DNA from: Octopus vulgaris
Taxonomy: Eukaryota
DNA length: 64,000 nucleotides
Direction: 5' to 3'
NCBI GenBank assembly: GCA_951406725.2
Contig: OX597815.1
Span: forward strand, 141,546,001-141,610,000
Of this stretch, positions 41,706 to 56,124 are shown piece by piece; position 1 is the stretch's first letter, and each line of letters opens with the position of its first letter. The position numbers were made by a program, and so were the translations under genes. The notes below the pieces were generated by a model. That model was given only the letters and a program-made list of their open reading frames with translations. It did no database searches and was not told the origin of the DNA.

Positions 41706-44700
41706 CGTGTGTGATAGAGAGTAATTGATAAATAGAGTGTTAGAGGCAGCGAGAGAAGGAAAGTTAAAGAAGGAAGAATGTTAGAGATAACTAGAAATAG
41801 ATACATGCACGCCAATTAAGTCGAGCAGATAAAAAAAAAATCAGTTTAATCATATATCATAGGGAAACATCACATAGCATTAAGCTATCATCAATAAAGA
41901 AATAATAGGCAGTTAGAATCTTAATCTTATCAGCTTACCCATGAAATAATTATTATGAAATTTAGTCAAAGTTCAACGACATTTTAACTCGCTATCGTTC
42001 TAAAAAGCCCTTAGGTAATCTAAGAATATTATTAACACGTTAGTAAATGCGTAGTTTAGTATATTTCTTGTTAGTGAAAATCTATTTTATATTACAAAAA
42101 AATTCTAACACAACTTTAAAATGAAGGAAGAGTTAAATTTTTGAAGAAGTCTATGAATGGTGAGGAGATTATGTAGAAGAATTAATACAAAAAAAATATA
42201 TTAGTCTCTAATGTATATCATAAAGACATAAAAAGTTATAAGCTGACATTAAAGTGAAGATATGAATCACACCAAGTTAAAAGAATATGAAAAAAATTAC
42301 TATTTAAGTGAGAATATATCGAAACACGACTAAAATTGTGATAAATAAAATTTTCGTTTCTTTTGGCTAAGATCAAAAACTATCTATAAAGATGAGTAAA
42401 ATGGTATATGTGTGTTTCAAGACCTACCAACGGGTAGAATATGAATCCCATATATATGCGGCCGGATTGTTTTATTTTATTTTCTATTTCGAACGCTCAT
42501 AACTTGAGTTGAATTATCGGTGTTTTAAAGAAAATATTCAATGTCACCATATGCCCTGTGAAGTTTTAATAACTGACAGACGTTCTATAAATAAGACCTC
42601 TCGCATCCACGTATATTGTTTGAAAGATTTCGTCTAAGCTGGCATTAAAAACGCAGACATACTTAAAATCAGACTTCATCAGCTTACAAATAGGATTGTT
42701 GTAAACTTCTATGGACCATAATTGTGAATGGAGGTCATACATCATTAAAGTCAGAATAATAAATCGATCATTCATTATAAATTGAATTCCAAATTGAATT
42801 CGAGGTTACGGACCATATTTGTTGTCATAAAATTCTCGAAGAAAGGTCTTGCATCTTAGAGTTAAGTCAATATATTTCTGATTGAATTAGATCGATGATT
42901 TACTTATAACAATTGCATTATTACAGCAAATTGTGAATCGATTACAAAAGATAGGAGAAGAGATCAGTGTAAATCACATGTATAATGGAATTGTGAAATT
43001 TATATAGAGCAGTTATATTCAATATATTGTTATATAAATAAGGAACAAGTCCTGCACATATCCTTATATTTACCGATAGATCGATACAGTAGGTAAAATA
43101 ATGAAACTACAGAATATGGAGAGTGTTATGATTGCAACTGAGCGATCATTTATATATCACTTTGGTATCAATAGTTAGTTATTTCATTTTAAATATACAA
43201 GTATTACATACCGCTTAATATTAAAATTCAGGAATGCTATTGATGACAGCGAGGGTAAATAGCAATACAAAATGTATTAGAAACTATAATGTTTCATATA
43301 ACTGGTAGTTGGATTATGAAGCTATATAGATAACGTCAATATGTCATAAATCAATGAACAATTGAAATATATTTTATGTAACACAGATTTATTCTGTGAA
43401 GTATGTGTTATGTATGTGTGAATATTTCTGTTAAAACCATATAAAAATGTCAAGAGTAGGAAGATGAGATTCCGCAGTGGACACATGAATAAATAGCGGC
43501 TATGACTACAGGTATTCAGCAATTGAAAGAAAATGCGTCTGTGAGAAAATTTATTGATGTCTGAGTGTTTGAATGTCTACTGGTAAGATTGATGAAATTG
43601 AAGACGATGGCGCAAATGGACTGAAATCAACACTGGTGAGGTGCACGAGAAGCAGAGTCGGGGTAAACTAACACTTCCTGGAAACTGTACGTGATCCAAA
43701 ACTACGCAAAGCAACATAACATCATCAGGTAAATTGAAGTGTAGCTATAAACAAAATGTAGTAGTGTTAGTTTGACAATGATTTTGGCTACACCTCAGAC
43801 GCAAGAGTCAGGGCATATTCTAATCACTGCCTCGATCATGACCATTTTCTAGATGTTCAAGGATTAAGACTCCAAAAGATGAATATTGTGAAATCTCTTT
43901 CATGTAACACAATCATTATAAAACACCTAATCAGATAACAGCTTAAAAGATTGATGCAGCTGGACAAGGAGCCAAGGTAGGATGACATAAAAGCTCTTGT
44001 AAACCTGCGGAATATCATCAATAACAATTTCACGATACTGAAGAGGGATAATTGTTAGAAAAGATAGCGGTAGTAAACAATCAGGAAATCCATGTCGTTT
44101 CCTGATTATTTCCTAAGAAGAGTCACAATCAACTCACCTTCTCTAAATGTGAGACTGACATTCACCTGAGTGCCACGTTCAGGGATGATTCTAAAGACGA
44201 AGGCATAAGTCACTACCGGAGAGAAAGAAGCGCTATTGAAAAGAGATTCAAGAGATAGTCAAGAGGACGACAGCAAATTAATTTTCGTAGACGAATGGGA
44301 CACTTTCGTGCACAAGACTTTCTCGGTGCCCCACAGCTCCGGGGGGGGGGGCGTTTTGATGATTTGGAGGATAGACAAACGATCTTAGAGAGTAGACTGG
44401 GTTATGCAGAAGGCGTGTAGATTTCCTGAGAATAAGTGTTACAATCACCTATAGTCACTTTAGAACACTCTCTGAACTCATTGTTGTGGGGATGATTTAC
44501 TTGAGCACTGTTGTGAGGCACATGACAAAATAATTCATAATTAGAGCATTTTCATGTAAACAAAGAAAATTATGTTTCAATTTGAAGAAAATATATAAAT
44601 TTTTATGCAAAATATATTGTCTTTTGTTTCAATGAGATGATTTATTCACTTCAGAACAAAATAACAGAAGAAATAAATTGAACTGCGAATGAATTATGAT

Positions 44701-45159
44701 ATTGTGTTGGTAAACACTGTTATGTCACATGTATTGCAATCTTTGTCTCTGTATTGCCTTCTATATCACTGCAGTATTCCAACTGGCTTGGTTACTTTTA
44801 TTTCTATTAAAAAGAATGATTAAGCAGAGTTAAAGTAAATATTGCGTTCCTATTATTACATGGAAGGATCATTTTTACAATTTCGTGCTTCTTTGCAAAA
44901 TAATACATCAGTGACTTTGCTATTGACAGGGGGATGTTTCAATCATGACAATGAAATTTGTAGTCACGAAAGTGCATAATTTTGTGCGTAAACATACTTT
45001 CGTTTTAATCCAAGCAAACAATAACATACATATTGACATTGATATTATATCCGACTGACAGCATAATGATATCCATGCGCACTAACGCTGTGCATCTAAT
45101 AGCTTAGTTTCTATCTAACGTCTTTCAGTTTATCAATAGACAGGTACATAGATGGTTAT

Positions 45160-45329
<170 letters not shown>

Positions 45330-46249
45330 TTCACATTATTTATGTTTCCTTTTTTAAAGAACAGCTTGATGTATTGCTGAGCACTCAGCGGCGTCGGAGA
45401 GCTTAAATATTCAGGTTACAGTAGTGATATGAAGAAAAGAAGCCATCTGAATATTGGAAAAGAGGTACTTGTATCACGATGATTTATGCCGGTTGGCAAA
45501 ATGCCGACATCATGATTCCTGCACTAAATTCTATGAACACAGTAGAGGCTACAAGACGTCACATGGATAACTGTAACGGAGACTGCGGAGCTGTGGGTAA
45601 TAATAATGGATACAGCTGGCGTTCTGACTCCGGTAGTAGGTTGCAATTCGTCCAATGATTGCATGATAGGGTGACGGAAAATCTAAGCCAGCGAATCACT
45701 ACTTTGGTGTGGAGGTGGATGCTGGAGTCGTGACCGTGAAGAATGACCTGAATGAAAACCCTTTCATACCACTAGTATCAAAGGTGGAAAGGACAAAGTC
45801 TCACAGCGACAGTTAAGGAGAACTGCCTGACAAAGTCTAACAACTTACCAAACAAGCAGAAGCGATCTTTTGAGGGTGTGATAATCCGATTTTACTCTGA
45901 TAAAAATTGAAAATAATTCTACCAGGGCAAGTTACACAACACAAACAACAGGCGGCTTGCTTACAATCCATATGACGTCGCGTAACAATAAAACCAAGTT
46001 ACCCCAGAAATGTTATAGACTTTGGTGTGCATCTCCACTGAGAGTGACGTAATGCGATCGCATATCTTTGAACATAGCCCCAATTCAGACGACTATTTAA
46101 AGCTGGCAGGAGAGGGTTGCTGCTAGAAGGGCCATATCTATGACAGGAAGATTTGGCTCTTTGCTATAACTTGGGAAACAGACCGAAGTGTTTGGAGAGG
46201 AATAGGAAATAACTCATAAAATACCTTTCAATAGAAAACGAGTATAGCA

Positions 46250-47600
46250 GAATTAATTTTCTAGATACCACGTTCGATCTTAGCACTGGAATACATCACC
46301 CTTTCCAACACCCGAAGGAAAACCTTAAGTACGTACGTTGTGGATCCAATCATTCTGAAAGTATCAAAAATTCTATCCAGTTGATGGTGTTTGTAAGGAT
46401 ATCTGGGCTATTGAAAAGTGGAAATTTTTAAAGATATAAGATGATATGCAAATTTTAAGATATGAGGCATAATAATACAGGAAATTAACAGAGACCATTT
46501 ACAGCAAGAAAATCCAATATACTCCTCATGGTGGCCTGAGTAAAATTTATCAAATCACATCATCTAAACTCCATGCCTCGAGTACCGACGAGGAGAGTAA
46601 TAGTGTAGACATTTGAAGAAATAGGGGGGCTATATACAATAAAGAAATAATATACAAAAATACACGTTTTGGTAGTGCCCTGGGAGAGTTAGATGTTCTC
46701 CACCCAAAGAGCACTCACATTCGACTATAGAGAACAATATCAAGGAGCAATTGAATGTTAGGATCTCAGATTCATCAAAGCAAAAACCTAAACAACTTTT
46801 AAGAATGATAGGTATAATAATAACACGGTGATAGTCGAAACAGATAATGGAAATAAGTACCATGGTGGATATAAGGGTAATTATAAAGACAATCAAGATG
46901 TGAGAAGCATAAACAGGAGAATTGTCGGAAGAAAAATATGACTATGCATTAACACCTCATAAGAAAGAAGCAAATCTAAGAAAATTATTTGGTTCAACGC
47001 TTCATTTGGAGGCAAAATAGATCTTATGACAATAGAAATGGTGGTGTTACAATAATAGGTTGAACGCGTTGAGTGAAATAGATAATTGAGATAAAGACGG
47101 CATAAATTATGACAAGGATAGCAACATTGGTAATAGTAACATTGATTATAAGACGAGGCCTATGAAAGAGAATAAGAATAAAGACCATAATTTTAATAAC
47201 AATAATTATTGTAATAGAGACACGATAATAAACACTACATCTCCTGACGGTGATAAGTTGGTGTACAGTAGATGAAATGAGATCGATTGCAGTGATTGGG
47301 CTAGAACCTGCAATGGGAAAGATGAGGTAGTAATGATGAAGATAACAATGAGATGTAACTGTACAGGTCGAAATAAATGCCCCTTAAATATATTATGTCT
47401 TGAGAGAAACAGTCTGCAATTGCGCTGTTACGCAACAGCCTTTGCGTTTCATTAATACAACAACTTCTGGTCATGGAAACAGTAAAATAAAGGAAATTCT
47501 ACATCACTTAGTAAGCTAATATGGCAAGTTAGTGACAATAAAACTAAATGTGATTTAGAATGGTCTAATTTATGTAGAAAAAAAACTGGTCTTTATTTTA
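46250..47600 (+). mobile_element. Decayed Penelope-like element ORF (RT C-terminus, linker, start of GIY-YIG)
   Basis: INFLDTTFDLSTGIHHPFQHPKENLKYVRCGSNHSESIKNSI (~46252), IIWFNASF (~46984) and CNCTGRNKCPLNILCL (~47355) occur in the expected PLE order. Confidence 0.8.
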
Positions 47601-47870
47601 TTCTATTTATCCATATTTTCTATATATCTACTATCCACTTTTGATGAAGCTTTCTCCACCTCCCACCTTAATATTGTTTATGCTGGTTTTTCTTTCGTTC
47701 CATTTACCCTTCATTTCATTCTAAAACCATTCACAGTGTACATTTAAAACATAAGAAGCATCCATCATAGGAATCCTTGCACGCTAGAAAGAATAGTTAA
47801 ATTCAAAACCACTATTGGGGATAAAACTTTTATTTGGGGAATGAAAAATAAAAACATTTACCATCTAACT

Positions 47871-47937
47871 CCTGGACCATGGTTTCAGTATTTTTAGCGA
47901 ATAAAATAATTTGCTGGGCGAAGTCGTCTTCAGCAGG
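47871..47937 (-). ncRNA. Type I hammerhead ribozyme (stem II partly decayed)
   Basis: CCUG-CUGAAGA-[CGAC..long loop..UACU]-GAAA-CCAUGG-UC-CAGG. Confidence 0.75.
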
Positions 47938-48234
47938 TATACCTTTGATTAAACATATGTAAACGAGGCAATCCAGTATATGCTACGTGCTTATAAATTG
48001 TAATTATTCAGATCTTCCGTGCAAGCGCAGCTCCTTGTCGGCAGTGAATAAAAATGCCGGCTTTTTCATTCGAAAATTATCGAGAAAAATGATCAATAAT
48101 TAATAATATCAAGGGTAATAAGAAATATTAGAAATTTCTACTAGCAGTGGCCTAACTTTTAAAGATTTAGTCAGTAGACTATATATTATTCATATAAATT
48201 CAGTCCCGTCTATATATGTTTAAACTAATGTGTA

Positions 48235-48305
48235 CCTGCTGAAGAAGACTTCGCCCAGAATATTATTTTGTTTGCTAAAAAAAAGTCTGAAACCATTGGT
48301 CCAGG
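48235..48305 (+). ncRNA. Type I hammerhead ribozyme
   Basis: Stem I CCUG/CAGG, core CUGAAGA, stem II AGAC/GUCU, GAAA, stem III ACCA-U-UGGU. The cleavage triplet GUC ends at 48301. Confidence 0.85.
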
Positions 48306-48609
48306 AGTTAGTTGGTAAATGTTCTATTTTTCATTCCCTTCGATGTTTTATCCGTAATAGTGGTTTGGGATTTAATTGTTCTTTCTAGCGTGCAAGGAGT
48401 CCTATTATGCATGCCTCTTATGTGTTTAAATGTACAATGTATTTATATGAATAATATATAGTCTATTGACAAAATTTTTACATGCTAGGCCACTGGTAGT
48501 AGATATTTCTTATTACTCTAGATATTATTCATTATAGATAGCTAGCTAGCTAGCTGGCTAGATAGATAGATATATAGAGATAGATAGATAGATAGATAGA
48601 TAGATATAG

Positions 48610-48642
<33 letters not shown>

Positions 48643-48643
48643 T

Positions 48644-48677
<34 letters not shown>

Positions 48678-48763
48678 GGATATATAGATAGACAATCAAA
48701 TAGGTACATAGATTGCTATATAGATAGAGAGAGATAGGTAGATATATATATATATATATATAT

Positions 48764-48852
<89 letters not shown>

Positions 48853-48861
48853 CAGACAGAT

Positions 48862-49444
48862 GCAAGATGCATACATGTGTTGAAATACTCAACATCACGG
48901 AGGAATGCATATGTATGAGGGTTCATAAATGATTTTTTAAAAACTTGTGATATTTTTCTTAATTTTTGTGGGTTGACGGTGTTAGTGTAGTAGCTAAATT
49001 TTAAAGTTACTGCTTAATAAATGATATTTTCCATTCCTATATTGGTGTAACTTAACATATCAATCGTAAAGATATATGATATAGATATATAGAAATAAAA
49101 TTTATGTCTATGTTATTCAGTATACAGCCATGGTTGTCCTTAAAATACTGATAGATTACTGTTGTAGTTGTCTTATTGCTCTAATATTCCTGAAAAGGCA
49201 GGCTTCCGCATAATATACTATCTTTCTACTTTTATGTTTTACTGATTTCAGTCATGAGACTGCGGTCGTGAAGAAGGTTTTAATCGAATGTATCGATCCC
49301 AGTAATTGTTTTTCAAAGATTGGTACTTATTCTGTTAAAATCTAGAAATGAAGCACAAGTTGTCAAGCGGTATTGGGGGACAAATTCAATGACAAAAATG
49401 CGCCAAAGCACGCACACACGCGCACACACACACACACACACGCA

Positions 49445-49495
<51 letters not shown>

Positions 49496-49498
49496 ACA

Positions 49499-49553
<55 letters not shown>

Positions 49554-51911
49554 GACACTCTTCATTCACCTTCCATCTACCCCTCGGAAGTTGTATAGGA
49601 ACTCATATACGCAAATACACACGTGTATATATACATAAAAATATATGTATATACACATAGATACATACATACAAATAAGTTATATGTAGTCTATACAGTA
49701 AACATACACACATTCATAGCCACCATAAAAAGCTTTGCTGTATTTCTGAATTAAAGTAGAAGAACATTCTCAGTGATGCAACTTACATACGTTATTCACT
49801 TTATCAGTAAAATCAAAAGTACACTTTTACACTGACAACGTTCTAGTGCAAGTGGATCTAAAAACGTTTGTAGAACTTACTGTACTATTATATCTAGGAA
49901 GCGCGCTTACGGAATATTAGACCTAGGAAGCGTGCTTTTAATTATGTTGCGTCTTTATGGAAGATTGTTTCATAGCAGTTGATATACTTCTAAGTAGAGC
50001 CTTCAAGATCAACCGTCTTCCAGGATTTCGACGTTCCCGAGGAGCTTTCTGTTGTTTTTGTAATCGTAATAAAGGACATGCATTATATTAAATGTTGAAT
50101 GTGATATTAGTCCATGACAATATAGTGTGAATTGAATATTAGAAACCTCAATTTAAGGTATGACTAACCACACAATGCTATGGACTACTCTTCTATATAC
50201 ATCATCAGAATAAACTCATGTCTTAAATTTTACATAAAACAAGCAAACAGACTGGAGAGAGATTGTGCATGTATACCTAAAAACACAAACGAGCGGCTTG
50301 AATCATAAGAACCATCAAAATACCTGAAATTCAGATTCGTAAGTTATATTCATAAAGATAACTTCTCCTACACAATTAGAAAATATCGCATACAACAAAC
50401 TAGCAATTCAAGAAGGCAAAGTATGTACTTTTAATAATACAGTTTTTACAGCCACTCTTTAAATTTTATTAACTTTGCAGCAGAAATAAAACTCTACGAC
50501 AGCAGTAATTTCATCAATTGAAAAATAAATACGACATATTCCAAGTGTGATATATGAACATTTCCAACGAAATTATGTATTTGTCTATTTGTCTTGAAAC
50601 AGGAAATTTCCAAATATATATGAGAAGGTATTCAAAATTGCCTTTTTATTATCGTCACTTAGTTAAAGCGAAATAATTTTGTACCGTGCAAACAGCGGTT
50701 GAGAAATAAAAATACAGCATGCATTAAAACGCTATAATTGATATAGATATGAGAGTCTGGTTAGAGTAATGTCTTGGAAATTAACTAATGTCATAAGCAG
50801 CTATTTATTTTCAATTTTACACTTAACTACATTATCAGATATATATTAGAAGCAAAGCATCGAATTAGAATATATATAAGCATTGCCTTGCGCTTCAATT
50901 GCTATATCCGTCCGCTTGTACTTATTCTCATAATGTATGTACCTATGTTTATATATATATATATGCGTGTGCATGCGTTGCGTGTGCGTGTGTGCATGTA
51001 TGTGCATGTAATAGACAACAAATTAAGTACCTAACGCCACAAAACACAATTGCCGTTCCAAGCACCAAGAAGAACATACCTAACCGAAAATATAAAAACC
51101 GTGACGTCCTTTGGTATAACCAGTCTGTAACTCCTACTTCTCATCTAAGATCGCGAAGGAATTTTTCAACGCACATGATCACCACATCCCTAAAAATGGA
51201 GTTTACAGTAAAATATTCAACCGTCACATTATAAAATTATAATATGCAAATTCATCAAACATAGAGCACCATATTCATTGTATTAACAACCGTAAACTGA
51301 GGCGAAGATTAGGCAGCACTCAAAATAACCTTCTCCACATCAACTATAACTCATATGACCAACTGAAAGACAACGTTTATAACTCGTATTATAGTACCAA
51401 ACAACAGATCAATAATTACAATATCCTTAATAAACATCCAAACTATAAAACCGGCAACAATTCAAATAATAAATTAAAGACACATAGTGATAATATAACG
51501 ATAATATTAACAACCAACATACCGAGCAGAACCAATCACTCCAGAACTTCTTGTACACAAGCTAGCAAAATCAAACGGTTATGCTCATGCAAAGAAGGAT
51601 CCAATTGTCCTTTGGTTAACCAATGTATGAAGAAGATCGTGGTATACAAATGCATTGTAAATGCTATAGAAGGCTCCTACATATATATCGGGGCATCGTC
51701 CGATTTTATCAAAAATCTATGGCTCAAACACATCGCCAGCTTTCTAATTATCCTTGTACGACATGCACATAGTTTATACTTGAATCTATGCCCATATTAT
51801 TGTATGCTATGTACGTATTTTTATGTATATATACACGTGTGTACTTGCGTATATGAGTTCCTATAGAACTTCCGAGGGGTTTTGGTAGATGGCAGGTGAA
51901 TGAAGAGCGTC

Positions 51912-51984
<73 letters not shown>

Positions 51985-52592
51985 AGTGTGTGTGTGTGTG
52001 TGTGAATGTGTGAGTGTCTGTGTACGTGTGTTTGTGTGTGCGTGCTTGGGATGCATTTTTGTCTTTGTATTTGTCCCCCCAATACCGCTTGACCACTGGT
52101 CCTTCATTTCTAGATTTTAACAGAATAAGTACCAATTTTAAAAAGAAAATTACTGGGATCGATACATTCGACTAAAAACTTCTTCACAACCGCAGTCTCA
52201 TGACGGAAACCAGTAAAACATAAAAGATGAAAGAAAATATATTATGCAGAAGACTGCCATTTGAGGAATATTAGAGCAATAAGACAACTACGACAGAAAT
52301 CTATCAGTATTTGAAGGACAACCATGGCTCTATGCTGAATAAGATTGACATAAATTTTATTTTTATATATTTTTATGATACATCTTTACGATAGATATAT
52401 TAGGTTACACAAATATATGAATGGAAACTACGATTTATTAAGCAGTAACTTTAAAATGTAGCGACTACACTAACACCGTCAGCCCAGAAAAATTTAGAAA
52501 AATATCACAAGTTTAAAAAAACCATTTATGAACCCTCATACATATGCATTCCTGCGTGTTGTTGAGCATTACAACACATGTATGCATCTTGC
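48862..52592. repeat. Large inverted duplication (arms ~48862-49648 and ~51810-52592)
   Basis: Colinear reverse-complement match including an embedded SINE fragment and (CA)/(TA) tracts, e.g. GGAATGCATATGTATGAGGGTTCATAAATG / CATTTATGAACCCTCATACATATGCATTCC. Confidence 0.9.
51040..51750 (+). mobile_element. Penelope-like element remnant (linker + GIY-YIG N-terminus)
   Basis: RDVLWYN, YSKIFNRHIIKL and CSCKEGSNCPLVNQCMKKIVVYKCIV..YIYIGASS motifs. Confidence 0.8.
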
Positions 52593-52849
52593 CACACGAA
52601 TGTAGAAGCATGTATAAGGATGATTTATGACATCATGCAAATAGATAGCGTCATCTTATTGGTCTGAAAACATAACTTAAGCCAGACACTACAGCGTACA
52701 TTTTAAACTGTCTCCACGGAAGAGGTGTTCACGTCGTTTGTTGTATGCTGGTGTTTTATCTGTAATATTTGAACGTTTGTGCTACTTTGCAGCGGCTTTT
52801 GTATTCTCCATCCCACATTTGAGGAGGGATGGTAAGTATATAATGAAAA

Positions 52850-53900
52850 ACATGTTCAATTCAGACCTAAGCGGGTCTGAAATATCGTCTTCAGAGGAGG
52901 AGCCCGTGCGAGCGGTAAAGTAATGGACAAGTGCCTAGAGAAGAAAAGTTTTGCAGGAGGCGACAGAAGTTCCTAAAAAGAGGTAAGCCTGAAAAAGTTG
53001 AAGAACTTTGAAAAAGTGTTGAATAGAGAAGGTGGTGACGTGAAATTGTTACCACCGCAAGAAGTTATAGGAAACATGGAAGAAAGGAAAATAATGTATA
53101 AGTTGTATTCAATTAAAGAAAAAAGAATCACAATTGAACCTACGGAAGTAATAGAAAAAGGCTCTGAGACCCATCCGGCAAGATATAACACATCTTGCCA
53201 GAGGAAGCCGATACAGTACTATTGAGGTGCATTTTAAAAATTAGAAAAAGGCGAGGGAATACTCAGCAAACCCAATGAAGACGGAAAGGGTGATCCTCCT
53301 ACCCTCGTACCTTGGAAGAACTTCAAGGGTCTGGTGGAGGGAATCCCCACTGAAATTGGGGTGGCATCGGTGGTGCTTCTAGGAAGTGAAAAAGAAGTAA
53401 CGGTGTTCCAAGCCACAGAGACGGAGACCACAAACTGGAGAGGAAAGGTACAAGACATCATTATACAAAGTACTGTGGAACATTTGGAAAAGATGGTGGA
53501 AACGGTGTGAGTGGGAGAAACGGTGTTGAGAATGTGGGTAGTGGGTAGAATCCGTCGTTGCTTAAAATGTGGTCAAAAGGTCCACATTAGAGCGGCCTGC
53601 CTCCTTAAAAACAACAAAGAGGCCCAATTGGAAGGCGATAAGGAACCGAAAAAGATGGAAAAAGGGATAGAAACGAACTAGGATGAAATATGGAAGGTCG
53701 CTCGAGGAAGACAGAAGAGGAAGACAGAAGAGGAAGAAGAAGAAGAAGGAAGTCAATGTGAACCCCAACCCGTACCCATCCGACCCATACCTTCTCAACA
53801 ACACCCTCCCCCAGCAAACACCAAACTCACCCGTTCCCCACCGACATAAAATAGAAAAAAAGAAGCACAGACAAAAATTCACAAACATCCCCTCCCAATG
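52850..53900 (+). mobile_element. Decayed gag-like ORF1 with CCHC zinc knuckle (L1/Tx1-like)
   Basis: Purine-rich broken reading frames with RCLKCGQKVHIRAAC (C-x2-C-x4-H-x4-C) at ~53556-53600, followed by a charged low-complexity tail. Confidence 0.65.
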
Positions 53901-54126
53901 GTACATAGGTAATCGTTTTTTTATTTCGTATACTTTCATTTGCCTTTATTTTTACAATTTCTGTTTTTGCTGATATATTACTTGAGAACACATTCTTCGT
54001 GGTAATATATATATATACCTATTATTTTAAGGAAATGAAATCGCCAAAAATACTGGGTATTGAACCAGTTTTTTCTTGGATGAAACCATGCATTCATGAG
54101 GTTAGTACAAGGCTCTAATCGAATTT

Positions 54127-54174
<48 letters not shown>

Positions 54175-54815
54175 ATATGTATGTGTATATATATTTATAT
54201 ATGTATGTATGTATATATATATATGTATGTATGTATGTATATATATATATATATATACATGTGCCTTTGTGTTTGTGTCTGTGTGCGTATGTCTGTGTAT
54301 GTGCACGAATTCATAATTCGCCTGTTGTCTTTCATATAAATATACACTGAATTGTATTCGGCGCTCCTAAATATGTGTTTTTGTTTTTAAATTTTAATGT
54401 TTTATACTTGGTGTATTCACTCTAGGCTTTTATTCCTTTATTTTGAAGTTTTAAAACAACATACAATTCTTTCAGAATTTTCTCAGCCATTTATCAACTT
54501 ACAAAAGAACGAATAGTAAAATCGGTTGAAGATGAAATGAAAAATAAGATCAACGACAAAAGATACGAACCAGTAAAGTTTAAGCATACACTCAAATAAA
54601 GGATAACTTTGTTAACACCACCATTTCTCTTAGGTCAGATTTGTTTTTTTTATTCACAATTTTCTTTACTACATATACATCCTAATTATCTTTCATTGTG
54701 AGCAACGTATCGAAATTCGACTTGTTTTGCTGTATTGATCGAATAACAATAAAATATATATGAACTATTGTGATTATATAAAGATATACACATATATATA
54801 TATATGTATATATAA

Positions 54816-54885
<70 letters not shown>

Positions 54886-55538
54886 TTTGGAATTCATCAA
54901 AAGAAAACAACTTCTCCGTCTGTGAAGAATCTATTATCGGATTGTTGTTAATTGATTTATCTGTATCCAATGACAAATTTAGATCCACATGGGAAAGCGT
55001 AAAAAAGATAAAGGACTTTTAGAATTCGGTTTTACAACCAATTAAATATATTATTTATTTCTAACACAAATTCACTAATTGTATTCTTATTGTCAAAAAT
55101 AAATATATAAATAACAAATCCCATACTACCTCTCTCTCAACCTCTAGAATGCCTTTTGGAACAAAAAACAGAGAAGGTTTTTTTTGTTGTTATATATAAC
55201 AAAAATGTATAGCAAATTGTAAAACAACGACATTCTATGTAGAAGAAACATTCATGACCATAAAAAAGCCGGTAACGTTTATATATTTGTCTTTCGTATA
55301 TAAATATACTTTTTCTGTACATAGATATCGCATAAGAAATTCAACATACGAGCAATTTCCTCGCACGTAACGGGTAAAAAGTAACTTAAATGCGTTTCAC
55401 CGTGACATCTGTCATTTGCCGTCAGTTTCGTTACTTTGAAAGGAAGTAAGTGCACAGCTTATTTTAAATCAAATGCCACAATACGATACAAGATTTCTAG
55501 TCAGTTTTTTGTTTAAAATTGCACACTCATACATGCAC

Positions 55539-55608
<70 letters not shown>

Positions 55609-55612
55609 TAGA

Positions 55613-56124
55613 CTAGCAGTATCGCCCGGCGTTGCTCGGGTTTGTAAGGGAAATAACTATATAAGCATTTTAGAGAGTTACTTCCCTTATAGATGCCAAT
55701 TCGGGCTTTCTTAGCCATTTCTGTTTTGGTGTCTTCAAGCCATGAAGTCGTTGTTCTAAAAGAACGCTGGTCTCCTTGACAACGCTTTACGACGTTGATT
55801 TCCTTACACTCCCTTCCCCACAGCTTCACGAGGGAGGGAAGAAGTGGGAGAAGCAAACAGGTGCAGGTGTGACCATGGACGCCAACTCCGCCGCCATCGA
55901 CACACGAAAAATTATGCATTAAAATGGAATAAAAAATGATGTTAAATTATTTTTAAAATCGTAGACTCATCGTAGACGCGCGCAAATACTAAGACGGGCT
56001 CGATATGAATAACGACTTTAAGATACCCGAATTTGGTTAAACTGCACCGCAAAATGTGGGAGTAGTTAGGAATCTAAATCGAAGGGGACAGACACTCACA
56101 CAACTACAGTTTTATATATATAGA
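55613..56124 (-). mobile_element. Non-autonomous Helitron
   Basis: Minus strand begins TCTATATATA (56124) and ends with hairpin CCCG-AGCAACG-CCGGG then CTAG (55613). It sits between host A and T with no TSD. Confidence 0.85.

Noticed and set aside
45400-46200. Possible decayed RTE-like LINE
   Set aside because: Only faint motifs (LKLAG, AITWE), too degraded to support a call.
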